The translations under genes were made by a program, and so were the position numbers. From NCBI GenBank assembly GCA_963843275.1, contig CAWJJM010000003.1:117938-181937 (forward strand): a stretch of 64,000 nucleotides of DNA, in the 5' to 3' direction. The stretch comes from an uncultured Acidobacteriota bacterium (lineage in GTDB: Bacteria; Acidobacteriota; Thermoanaerobaculia; Multivoradales; JBCCEF01). Positions 9,034 through 17,780 of the stretch are shown here, piece by piece; positions within the stretch are counted from its first letter, which is position 1; every line of letters begins with the position of its first letter. The notes under the pieces were generated by a model. The model did not search any database. It worked only from the letters and a program-made list of their open reading frames with translations, and was not told where the DNA came from.

Positions 9034-9765
9034 ACGTGCTCACCATCGACGGCGAGCGGGGGGTGGCGGCGGCCGCCGCCGGCCTGCTGGCCGAGGCCGC
9101 CGCGGCCGACCCGGAGCTGGTGCTCGGACTGCCGACCGGGCGCACCATGGTGCCCTTCTACGCCGAGCTGGCCCGCCGGCACCGCGCCGGCCGGCTCGAC
9201 CTGGGCCGGGCCCGCGGCTTCAACCTCGACGAGCTGCTGCTGCCGCGCACCCACCCGGCGAGCTTCCACGCCTTCATGCAGCGCCACGCCTGGGAGCGGA
9301 TCGGGCTGGCGCGCGAGCGCTGCGACATCCCGGACCCGGCGGCCGACCCGGCGGCGGAGTGCGCCCGCTACGACCGCGCCGTCGCCGCCGCGGGCGGTCT
9401 CGACCTGGTCTTCCTCGGCGTCGGGGCCGACGGGCACGTGGCGTACAACCTGCCCGGGCCGCCACGCCACGCCACCCACGTCGTCGAGGTGCCGGCGGCC
9501 GTCGCCGACACGCTCGACGTCCCCGCCCGGCTGCGCCCGCTGCGCGCCATCACCCTGGGCTTCGGGCCGCTCCTCGCCGCCCCGCCACCTGGTGCTCCTC
9601 GCCACCACCGGGGAGAAGGCGCGCGCCGTCGCCGCGCTGCTCGACGGGCCCGAGGACCCGCGCTGGCCGGTCACGCTGCTGCGCGACCATCCCCGCCTCG
9701 ACGTGCTGCTCACCCCGGCGGCGTCCCCGGTCGGCCGCCGCCGCCCCGAGCTGGTCGAGGCCTAG
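9030..9765 (+). CDS. nagB: Glucosamine-6-phosphate deaminase (one apparent frameshift near 9580)
   Basis: LGLPTGRT, FNLDE and LGVGADGHVAYN motifs. The C-terminal part (HLVLLATTGEKA...WPVTLLRDHP) lies in another frame after one extra C in a C-run. Confidence 0.8.
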
Positions 9766-9815
9766 CTCTCCGACGGCGTCTTCCTCCCCGATCCCGAGAG
9801 GCCGACCCGGCGTCG

Positions 9816-12125
9816 CTAGGGCGTGGAGGCGGGGGGCGGGGCGACCTTCGCCAGCTCGGCGGTGGCCTGCCGGATCACCTCCGCCTCGGCCTCGAGCGTG
9901 CGGCCGAGGCGCGCCGCCTGGGCCTCCGCCTCGGACCACCGCTTCTGCTCGATCGCCTCGCGAACGCCGGGCAGCGTCTTGACGCCGTAGCCGGTGTACA
10001 GGCCGGGCGCGTAGAGCTGGTGGCGGAACCACGGGCGGCCGGGGAGGCCGGCTTCGTCGGTGAGGCGGCGCTCGGCGGAGATCAGCAGGCGGTCGACCGT
10101 CCGCAGGTCGGCGCCGGCCAGCGCCGCGCCGTCGTCGGCCTCGGCCCGGGCCGCGGCCGCGGCGTAGGCGTGGGCGGCCTCGGTGAGCGTGGCGAGCCCG
10201 TTGTGCAGCGGCGCCAGGTTGAGGTAGGGCGGCACCTCCTCGCGCGCCGGCGGCACCTCCGGCCGGCGCGGGTCGTCGGTCGCCGCGTAGACGCCCTCGT
10301 CGAGCAGCCGGTTGCGCTCCACGGCGGCGGCCCGCCGCTCGGTGGCGAGCGCGTCGACCTCGTCGACGTAGGTGCCGACCGTGTCGGCCAGGCCCTCGAA
10401 GTCGAAGGGCAGCAGCTCGGCGTCGGCCAGGCGCATCACGGCGGTGCCGACGATCTGGGCGAGGGCGCGGCCGTAGACGAAGTCGGTGTCGCTGAAGTGC
10501 GTGTACCAGGTGACGTCGTCGTAGATCGAGTGGTAGATGCCGCCGGCGTCCCCCTCGCCGCCGAAGGCGAAGTTGGCCGACGCCACCCCGAGGTGGTCGA
10601 GGAAGGCGGTGTAGTCCGAGCCCGAGCCGAGAGCGCCGAGGCGCAGGTCGCCGCGGCTGCGGAGCTCCTGGCGGGCCGCGTCGCCGGCGCTGCCCTCCGG
10701 CGCGTCGCGCAGGCGCTTGCGGCGCAGGCGCTCGACCACCGTCAGGCCGGTCTCCGGGTCGGTGACGTCGCCGGCGACGCCGTTGAGGAAGCGCTCCAGC
10801 ACGTGCGAGCCGGCCCAGTGCAGGTAGCCGCGGCCGGTGCCGTCGGTGTTGAGGTAGGCGACGGCGTGCCGGTCGAGGTCGGCGGCGTGGGCCTCGACCC
10901 ACTCGGTCGAGCCCAGCAGGCCCTGCTCCTCGCCGTCCCAGGCGGCGTAGACGAGCGTGCGCGCGGGGCGCCATCCCTGGCGCGCCAGCTCGCCGAGGGC
11001 CCGCGCCTCCTCGAGCATCACCGACTGGCCGGAGATCGGGTCCTCGGCGCCGTTGACCCAGGCGTCGAAGTGGTTGCCGCGGACGATCCACTGGTCCGGC
11101 TGCGTGGCGCCCTCGAGCCGGGCGACGACGTCGTGCAGGGTCACCGTGTCCCACGTCGACCGCACCACCAGGTGCACCACGGCGGGCCCGGGTCCGAGGT
11201 GGTAGGTCAGCGGCAGCCCGCCGCGCCAGCCTTCGGGCGCCACCCGGCCGCCGAGCGCCGCGAGCAGCGGCTGGGCGTCGTGGTAGGAGATCGGCAGCAC
11301 CGGGATGCGGGTGAGGGTCTGGACCTGGTCGAGGGGGAGCCGCTCGGCGCCGGGGGTCGACGGCCGGCCCGGCGTCTGCGGGTCGCCCGGGTGGATCGGC
11401 ATGTCCATCACGCTGCCGCGCTGCACCCCGCGCTCCGGCCGCCAGGCTCCCTCGGGGTAGACGTCGCCCTGGACGTAGCCGTCGTCGATCGGGTCGGAGT
11501 AGAGGATGCAGCCGACCGCGCCGTGCTCGGCCGCGACCTTCGGCTTGATCCCCCGCCAGGAACCGCCGTAGCGCGCCAGCACGACGGCGCCCTCCACCGA
11601 GATCCCCTGGCGCTCCAGCTCCTCGTAGTCGTCGGGGATCCCCTGGTTGACGTAGACCAGCGGCGCGGTCACGTCGCCGTCGATCGAGTAGGCGTTGTAG
11701 GACGGGAGCTGCTCGCTGGTCTGCCGCGAGGTGGGGTCGCCGGGCACCGGGGTCTCGGCCAGCGTCGCCCGCCAGGGCCGCGGCGCGACGAGCTCGAGCC
11801 GGCGCTCGAGCGGCGTCGGGAAGAGGACCTCGAAGGTCTCCAGGTCGGCCTGCCATCCCCACTCGCGGAAGCGGTCGCGGATCCACTCGGCGTTGGCCAC
11901 GTCGTAGGAGGAGCCGAGGTGGTGCGGGCGGGCCGCGAGGTGCTCCATGTGGGCGCGCAGCCGCGCCGGATCGGGCAGGGCGCGGAACTTGGTCTCCCAG
12001 TCGAGCTCGGTCCGGGCGGCCGCGGCGGAGTAGCCGTGCAGCCCGGCGGCGGGGAGGGCGTCGCTCCAGGCGAGCCCCTGGAGGAGCAGGCAGGTGGCCA
12101 GGGCGAGACGGATCGGTCGGGACAT
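9816..12125 (-). CDS. M28 glutamate carboxypeptidase II-like peptidase (PA and TfR dimerisation domains), secreted
   Basis: Signal peptide; RPHHLGS, VQRGS, GNHFDAW, WDGEEQGLLGSTEW, GSGSDY, YHSIYD and RPWFRHQLYAPG motifs. Confidence 0.9.
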   Translation of the reverse strand: MSRPIRLALATCLLLQGLAWSDALPAAGLHGYSAAAARTELDWETKFRALPDPARLRAHMEHLAARPHHLGSSYDVANAEWIRDRFREWGWQADLETFEVLFPTPLERRLELVAPRPWRATLAETPVPGDPTSRQTSEQLPSYNAYSIDGDVTAPLVYVNQGIPDDYEELERQGISVEGAVVLARYGGSWRGIKPKVAAEHGAVGCILYSDPIDDGYVQGDVYPEGAWRPERGVQRGSVMDMPIHPGDPQTPGRPSTPGAERLPLDQVQTLTRIPVLPISYHDAQPLLAALGGRVAPEGWRGGLPLTYHLGPGPAVVHLVVRSTWDTVTLHDVVARLEGATQPDQWIVRGNHFDAWVNGAEDPISGQSVMLEEARALGELARQGWRPARTLVYAAWDGEEQGLLGSTEWVEAHAADLDRHAVAYLNTDGTGRGYLHWAGSHVLERFLNGVAGDVTDPETGLTVVERLRRKRLRDAPEGSAGDAARQELRSRGDLRLGALGSGSDYTAFLDHLGVASANFAFGGEGDAGGIYHSIYDDVTWYTHFSDTDFVYGRALAQIVGTAVMRLADAELLPFDFEGLADTVGTYVDEVDALATERRAAAVERNRLLDEGVYAATDDPRRPEVPPAREEVPPYLNLAPLHNGLATLTEAAHAYAAAAARAEADDGAALAGADLRTVDRLLISAERRLTDEAGLPGRPWFRHQLYAPGLYTGYGVKTLPGVREAIEQKRWSEAEAQAARLGRTLEAEAEVIRQATAELAKVAPPPASTP

Positions 12126-12223
12126 GGTCTTCTCCTCCGCGGGGGTTCGGTGCGCGGCGCAGTCTACCCGGGTGGCACGTCCCTGCCACCCCGGGGCGCC
12201 GGCGGATAGAGTGAGGGCTTCAC

Positions 12224-14401
12224 ATGACGCGATCGCCGGGGACCCGCTTCGGGCCGTACGAGATCGTCGCGCCGCTCGGCGCGGGCGGCATGGGCGAGGT
12301 CTACCGCGCCCGCGACCCCCGGCTCGGCCGGGAGGTGGCGGTGAAGGTGCTGTCCGGCGCCACGGCGGCCGACCCCGACCTGGTGGACCGCTTCGAGCGC
12401 GAGGCGCGCGCCGCGGCGGCGCTGAACCACCGCAACATCGTCACCGTCCACGACGTCGGGGCGCAGGACGGCCTGCCCTACCTGGTCACCGAGCTGGTCC
12501 CCGGCGAGACGTTGCGGCGGCGTCTGGCGCGGGGTCCGCTGCCGCCGCGCGAGGCGGTCGCCGTCGCCGTGCAGGTGGCGCGCGGCGCGGCGGCGGCGCA
12601 CGCGGTGCGGGTGGTGCACCGCGACCTCAAGCCCGAGAACCTGATGCTGACGCCGGACGGGGAGGTCAAGATCCTCGATTTCGGCGTCGCCAAGCTGCAG
12701 CCGCCCCCGGTGGCGCCGAACGACGAGACGCTGCGCGCCACCCGCCCCGGCGGCGTCGTCGGCACCCTCCCCAACATGGCCCCCGAGCAGATGCGCGGCG
12801 AGCCGGTCGACGGGCGCGCCGACCTGTTCGCGATCGGCGCGCTGCTCTACGAGATGCTGAGCGGCGCCAGTCCCTTCGCGCGGGCCAGCCCGTTGGCGAC
12901 GGCGGCGGCCGTGCTCCACGAGGAGCCGGCGCCGCTGGAGGAGCGGGTGGCGGGCCTGCCGCCGGCGCTCGGCGACCTGGTGGCGCGCTGCCTGGCCAAG
13001 GAGCCCGACGACCGCTACCCCTCGGCCGGCGAGCTGGCCGCGGAGCTCGAGCGGGTGGCCGGGGAGCTGGAGCGCCCCGCCGGGGCGGCGGTGACGCCGG
13101 CGCCGGCCGCGGAGGAGCCGCCGCCGGCGCCGTCGATCGCCGTCCTGCCCTTCGCCGACCTCAGCCCGGGGCGCGACCAGGAGTACTTCTGCGACGGCCT
13201 GGCCGAAGAGCTGGTCAACGCGTTGGCGCGGATCGAGGGCCTGCGGGTCGCGGCCCGCAGCTCGTCGTTCCAGTTCCGCGGCGCGGCGATCGACGCCCGG
13301 GCCGCCGGCGCAAGGCTGGGGGTGGCGGCCGTGCTCGAGGGGAGCGTGCGCAAGGCGGGCGACCGCCTGCGGGTGACCGTCCGGCTGATCGACGTGGGGG
13401 ACGGCTACCAGCGCTGGACGGAGCGCTTCGACCGCCGCCTCGAAGACGTCTTCGCCATCCAGGACGAGATCGCCGCCTGCGTGGTGGACTGCTTCGGCGG
13501 CTTCCTCGGCCGCGCCGGCGCCGCCGGCGCCCGCCCGGAGACCGCCGTCGAGGCGTACGAGTACTTCCTCCGCGGCCGCCACCTGGCCAGCCGCTTCAGC
13601 CGGCCGGCCTTCGAGGCCGCCCTCGAGATGTACGAGCGCGCCCTCGGGCTGGACCCCGAGTACGCGCCGGCGTGGGCCGGGATCGCCGAGATCCACGCCT
13701 GGATCTACGAGTGGTGGGGGGGCGGGGAGGAGCACCTGGCCGCGGCGGGGGAGGCCAGCGCCCGCGCCGTCGAGCTGCGCCCCGACCTGGCGGAGTCGCA
13801 CGCCGCCCGCGGCTTCGCCATCGGCCTGTCGGGGCGCTACGAGGAGGCCGAGCGCGAGTTCGCCGAGGCGGTGCGCCTCGATCCGCAGCTCTTCGACGCC
13901 TGGTATCTGTGGGCCCGCGCCTGCTTCTCCGCCGGCGAGATCGAGCGCTCGGCCGAGCTGTTCCAGCGCGCCGGAGAGGCGCGCCCGGAGGACTTCCAGT
14001 CCCTCATCCTGGGCGGGCAGTCGCTGAGCGTGCTGGGTCGGAAGCAAGCGGCGGACGCGATGATCCGCGAGGGCGTGCGGCGCGCCGAGCGGCGGCTCGA
14101 CCTGGATCCGTCGGACACCCGCGCCCTGTCGCTGGGCGCCGCGGCGCTCGCCAACCTCGGCGAGTTCGAGCGCGGCGCCCGCTGGATCGAGCGCGCCCTC
14201 GAGCTGTCGCCGGACGGCAGCGTGCTGCTCAACGGCGTCTGCCTCTACGCCCGGATGGGCGACCTGGAGCGGGCCTTCGAGCTGCTCGAGCGCACCGTCG
14301 ACCTCGGGGTCGGCAAGCGGGACTGGATCGAGCGCGACCCCGACTACGACCCGCTGCGCGGCGACCCGCGGTTCGCCGCCCTGCTGGCGCGGCTCCCCTA
14401 G
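12224..14401 (+). CDS. Hanks-type Ser/Thr protein kinase with TolB-like and TPR domains
   Basis: LGAGGMGEVY, VAVK, HRDLKPEN, DFG and APE kinase motifs; SIAVLPFADLS...EYFCDGLAEE TolB-like segment; TPR repeats. Confidence 0.92.
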   Translation: MTRSPGTRFGPYEIVAPLGAGGMGEVYRARDPRLGREVAVKVLSGATAADPDLVDRFEREARAAAALNHRNIVTVHDVGAQDGLPYLVTELVPGETLRRRLARGPLPPREAVAVAVQVARGAAAAHAVRVVHRDLKPENLMLTPDGEVKILDFGVAKLQPPPVAPNDETLRATRPGGVVGTLPNMAPEQMRGEPVDGRADLFAIGALLYEMLSGASPFARASPLATAAAVLHEEPAPLEERVAGLPPALGDLVARCLAKEPDDRYPSAGELAAELERVAGELERPAGAAVTPAPAAEEPPPAPSIAVLPFADLSPGRDQEYFCDGLAEELVNALARIEGLRVAARSSSFQFRGAAIDARAAGARLGVAAVLEGSVRKAGDRLRVTVRLIDVGDGYQRWTERFDRRLEDVFAIQDEIAACVVDCFGGFLGRAGAAGARPETAVEAYEYFLRGRHLASRFSRPAFEAALEMYERALGLDPEYAPAWAGIAEIHAWIYEWWGGGEEHLAAAGEASARAVELRPDLAESHAARGFAIGLSGRYEEAEREFAEAVRLDPQLFDAWYLWARACFSAGEIERSAELFQRAGEARPEDFQSLILGGQSLSVLGRKQAADAMIREGVRRAERRLDLDPSDTRALSLGAAALANLGEFERGARWIERALELSPDGSVLLNGVCLYARMGDLERAFELLERTVDLGVGKRDWIERDPDYDPLRGDPRFAALLARLP

Positions 14402-14538
14402 CCAGGGACGGGAGCCTGTCTGCGCGAGCCCTTCGAGCTCGCGTCGGGGCGGTGGGGGTGGGTCCGGAGGCGACGAGCGCCAGGGAGGACGCCGCGGCGA
14501 CCACCCGGTCGCCGCAGGCCGGGCCCGCAGCCGCCGCC

Positions 14539-16146
14539 CTAGGGGAAGAGGACGCCGCCGGAGGACCGCAGGCTGCCGTCGAGCAGCGCGCCGCGCAGGG
14601 CGGCGTGGCGCAGCTTGCCGTTGGGGGTGCGGGGCAGGGTGCGCGGCGCCAGCAGCAGCACCCGGCCGGGGCGCAGGCCGAGGCGGCGGTCGACCCGCAC
14701 CACCACCCGGCGCGCCATCTCGCGCAGCTCCGCGCCCGGCGGCGGCGCCGCACGGCGCAGCTCGGCGCAGACCCAGGCCTGCTCGCCCTCGGCGCGGCCG
14801 CGGTCGACGCCGACCGCGGCGGCCCGGCGCACGAAGTCGAGCTCCTCGACCGCCGCCTCGATCTCCTGGGGCGCCAGGTTGCGTCCCGCCTGCAGGATGA
14901 CGTTCTTGCGCCGCCCGACGACGAAGACCTCGCCCGCGGCGTCGGCGTATCCGAGGTCGCCGGTGCGGATCGTCCCCGGCCGCACCAGCAGCGCGGCGGT
15001 CGCCGCCGCGTCCCCGAGGTAGCCGTCCGTCACCGCCGGGCTCGTCACCACCAGCTCGCCGACGCCGCCCGCCGGCGCCGGGCGCCCGCCGGCCACCACC
15101 TCGACCGTGACGCCGGGGAAGGGGCGGCCGATGGCGACCAGCCCCCGAGCGTCGATCGCCGGCGCGGTCCCGGGCGGCTGCATGGCCACGCCGACGGTGG
15201 CCTCGGCCAGGCCGTAGCCGGGGACCATGACCCGGTCGAGCCCGAAGGCGTCGTGGAAGCGGCGCAGCGTCTCGGCGCGCACCGGCTCGGCGGCGTTGAG
15301 CGCCACCCGCAGGCTGCCGAGCGGCGGTCGGTCGGCCGGTGCCAGCGAGCGCACGGCGAGGCGCCAGGCGAAGTCGGGGGCGGCGGTGAAGGTCCCCGCG
15401 TGCTCCGCCACCGCGCGCAGCCAGGCGCCCGGGCGCAGCGGCCCGCTGGGCAGCAGCACCAGCGGCGCGGCGAGCAGGAAGGGCACCACGGTCATCAGCA
15501 CCAGCCCCATGTCGTGACAGGTCGGCAGCCAGCTCACGAAGACGTCGCGCGGGGTGATCTCCATGCCGGCGATCATCTGCCGGGCGTTGGTCAGCACCTG
15601 CCGGTGGGTGAGCTGCACCGCCTTGGGGGCGCCGGTGCTGCCGGAGGTGAACTGGAGGAACGCGAGGTCGTCGGGGCCCGGCGCCACCCCCCGGGGCGCC
15701 GGCCCGGCGGCGTCGATCCCGGAGGCGGCGGCGACCCGCGGCGCGCCGCTGCCGCCGCGGGCGGCGAGCGCCCGGCGCAGCCGTCGCAGCGCCGCCGCCG
15801 GCAGGTCCCCGGGGACGACGGCGAGGGCGGCGCCGCAGCCGCCGCCCAGGTCGGCGATGCGCTCGGCGCCCGAGCCCGGGAAGAGGGGGACCGGCACCGC
15901 GCCGGCGCGCTGGGTGCCGTAGAACGCGGTGAAGAACTCCTCGCCGTTGGGCAGCGCCAGCACCACGCGGTCGCCGGCGCCGACGCCGCGCGCGGCGAGG
16001 CCGGCGGCGAAGCGGCCGCTCGCCGCCCACAGATCGCGGTACGACGGGTGCCGGTCGCCGCAACGGAAGGCCGGCGACCGCCGCCGCGCCCGGCGCGCCA
16101 ACATCTCGACGAGGGTCGCGGGGGCGGGCGGGGAAGGGGTGGCCAT
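14539..16146 (-). CDS. Fatty acyl-AMP ligase-like adenylation enzyme
   Basis: AFLQFTSGSTGAPK, SWLPTCHDMGL (FAAL-type), YGLAEAT, RTGDLG and PRTPNGK motifs. Confidence 0.82.
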   Translation of the reverse strand: MATPSPPAPATLVEMLARRARRRSPAFRCGDRHPSYRDLWAASGRFAAGLAARGVGAGDRVVLALPNGEEFFTAFYGTQRAGAVPVPLFPGSGAERIADLGGGCGAALAVVPGDLPAAALRRLRRALAARGGSGAPRVAAASGIDAAGPAPRGVAPGPDDLAFLQFTSGSTGAPKAVQLTHRQVLTNARQMIAGMEITPRDVFVSWLPTCHDMGLVLMTVVPFLLAAPLVLLPSGPLRPGAWLRAVAEHAGTFTAAPDFAWRLAVRSLAPADRPPLGSLRVALNAAEPVRAETLRRFHDAFGLDRVMVPGYGLAEATVGVAMQPPGTAPAIDARGLVAIGRPFPGVTVEVVAGGRPAPAGGVGELVVTSPAVTDGYLGDAAATAALLVRPGTIRTGDLGYADAAGEVFVVGRRKNVILQAGRNLAPQEIEAAVEELDFVRRAAAVGVDRGRAEGEQAWVCAELRRAAPPPGAELREMARRVVVRVDRRLGLRPGRVLLLAPRTLPRTPNGKLRHAALRGALLDGSLRSSGGVLFP

Positions 16147-16215
16147 CGGGGTCGCGGCGACGCTAGCACGCCCGCTCCGGAGCGCCGGCCGCGAGCGGGT
16201 AAGCTGGGCCGGCCG

Positions 16216-17526
16216 ATGTCCCGCCCCCTCGGCGGCTTCGAGACCGCCCTGACGCTGAGCAACCGCCACGCCCCGTTCGTGGTGGTGGCCGTGGTGCGGC
16301 TCGGGCGGGGGCCCGACCCGGAGCGGCTGCGCCGCGCCCTCGTCGCCCTGCAGCGCCACCACCCCTTGCTGGCGGTGCGGATCCTCGAGCGCGGCGGGCG
16401 CTTCGCCTTCACCTCCGAGGCCACGCCGCCGCTGCCGCTACAGGTGCTCCCGCGGCGGGGCGAGGACGGTTGGCGGCGGGTGGTCGACGCCGAGCTCAAC
16501 CGCCGGATCGACGAGACGGCGGGACCGCTGGCGCGCTGTCTCTACCTGCTGCCGCAGGACGGGGGCTGCCCCGCCGAGATCGTCCTCACCTTCCACCACG
16601 CGGCGATGGACGGCGCGTCGGCGACCGGCCTCGTCGGGCAGCTCCTCCGCCTCTGCGACCCGGCGGGCGGGGAGGCGCCGCCGGCCCGCGACGACCTGCC
16701 GCCGCCGATGGAGAGCGCCTTTCCCGCGCCCTTCACGGGGCTGCGCGGCGCCGCCCGCCGGGCGGCCTTCCTGGCCCGCCAGGCGGCCGACGAGGCCGGC
16801 TTCGCCTGGTCCGCCCGCGGCGGCCGCCGGCCCGCGGTGCACCCGGCCGCCCGCTGTCGTGCCCTGCCCGCCTCCCTCGACCCCGAGGAGACCCGGGCGC
16901 TGGTGCGCGCGGCGCGCCGCCGGCGCGTGCCGCTCCACGCGGCGCTGCACGCCGCCCTGCTGCGGGCGGTGCACCGGCGCCTCTACGACGGCGTGCCGCG
17001 GCGGCTGCGCTACGTCGCCTTCGCCGACCTGCGGCCCCACCTGCGGCCGCCGCCGCCCGCCGACCGCCTGGGGAGCCACCTGTCGATGCTGCGCTTCACC
17101 CGGCGCCTGGGCCCTCCCGACGGCGAGGGCTTCTGGGCTCTGGCGGCGGGGATCGCCGCCCAGATCGACCGCGCCCTGCGCCGCGGCGACCGCTTCGTGG
17201 CGGCCCAGCTCACCGCGCCGATGATGCGCCTCCTGCTCGCCCGCGGCTCGCGGCGGATGGCGGCGACGGCGTTGAGCTACCCGGGGCCGGTGGCGCTCGC
17301 CGGGACGCCGGACGCCCTGCCGGTCCGCGACCTGCGCTGCTTCGTCTCCAACCTGCCGATCGGACCCGAGCTCACCGCCCAGGCCCGCCTCTGGGGCGGC
17401 GCGCTGCTCCTCGACTTCGTCGTCCTCGACGGCGACCTCGACGCGCCGCACGCCGCGGCGCTCACCGGCGAGGTGCTCGCCACCCTGCGCGCCGCGTCGG
17501 GTGGGGCGGGAGCGGTGGCGGCGTGA
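16216..17526 (+). CDS. Stand-alone condensation-domain / CoA-dependent acyltransferase (PapA5-like)
   Basis: Active-site motif FHHAAMDG (HHxxxDG), RHHPLL and ADLRP segments; ~436 aa, single domain. Confidence 0.78.
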   Translation: MSRPLGGFETALTLSNRHAPFVVVAVVRLGRGPDPERLRRALVALQRHHPLLAVRILERGGRFAFTSEATPPLPLQVLPRRGEDGWRRVVDAELNRRIDETAGPLARCLYLLPQDGGCPAEIVLTFHHAAMDGASATGLVGQLLRLCDPAGGEAPPARDDLPPPMESAFPAPFTGLRGAARRAAFLARQAADEAGFAWSARGGRRPAVHPAARCRALPASLDPEETRALVRAARRRRVPLHAALHAALLRAVHRRLYDGVPRRLRYVAFADLRPHLRPPPPADRLGSHLSMLRFTRRLGPPDGEGFWALAAGIAAQIDRALRRGDRFVAAQLTAPMMRLLLARGSRRMAATALSYPGPVALAGTPDALPVRDLRCFVSNLPIGPELTAQARLWGGALLLDFVVLDGDLDAPHAAALTGEVLATLRAASGGAGAVAA

Positions 17527-17753
17527 GCGACCTCGGCGCGGCGATCTGCGACCTCGTCGCCGTCCAGCTCGGCCGCCGCCGGGTCGCCCTCGACGACCGC
17601 CTGGTCGAAGACCTCGGCGTCGAGTCCGTCGACCGCGTCAACCTGGTCGCCGCCGCCGAGGACCGCTGGAGCATCGAGATCGAGGAGGAGGAGATCGCCG
17701 CCCTCCGCACCGTCGGCGACCTCCTCGACCTGGTCCGCCGCCGGAGCGGCTGA
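17523..17753 (+). CDS. Acyl carrier protein
   Basis: 76-aa acidic protein with LVEDLGVESVD (phosphopantetheine Ser motif) and LRTVGDL; GTG overlaps the upstream TGA. Confidence 0.82.
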   Translation: MSDLGAAICDLVAVQLGRRRVALDDRLVEDLGVESVDRVNLVAAAEDRWSIEIEEEEIAALRTVGDLLDLVRRRSG

Positions 17754-17780
17754 GCAGCGTGGAAAAGGGGTCGGCGGGCC

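Noticed and set aside
9575-9590. Programmed frameshifting in nagB or the ABC ATPase (~38336)
   Set aside because: The shifts lie in short C or G homopolymers without recognised slippery heptamers; sequencing error is simpler.
12224-14401. Kinase-TPR as part of the adjacent FAAL cluster or a defence system
   Set aside because: It is convergent with the FAAL gene and is a common multi-copy architecture; no evidence of a functional link.
12094-17526. Very long ORFs in the track (e.g. 1810 aa here, 1761 aa at 52343..57628, 1110 aa at 8877..12209)
   Set aside because: Arg/Ala/Gly/Pro-rich shadow frames caused by stop-codon scarcity at high GC; only sub-segments correspond to real genes.
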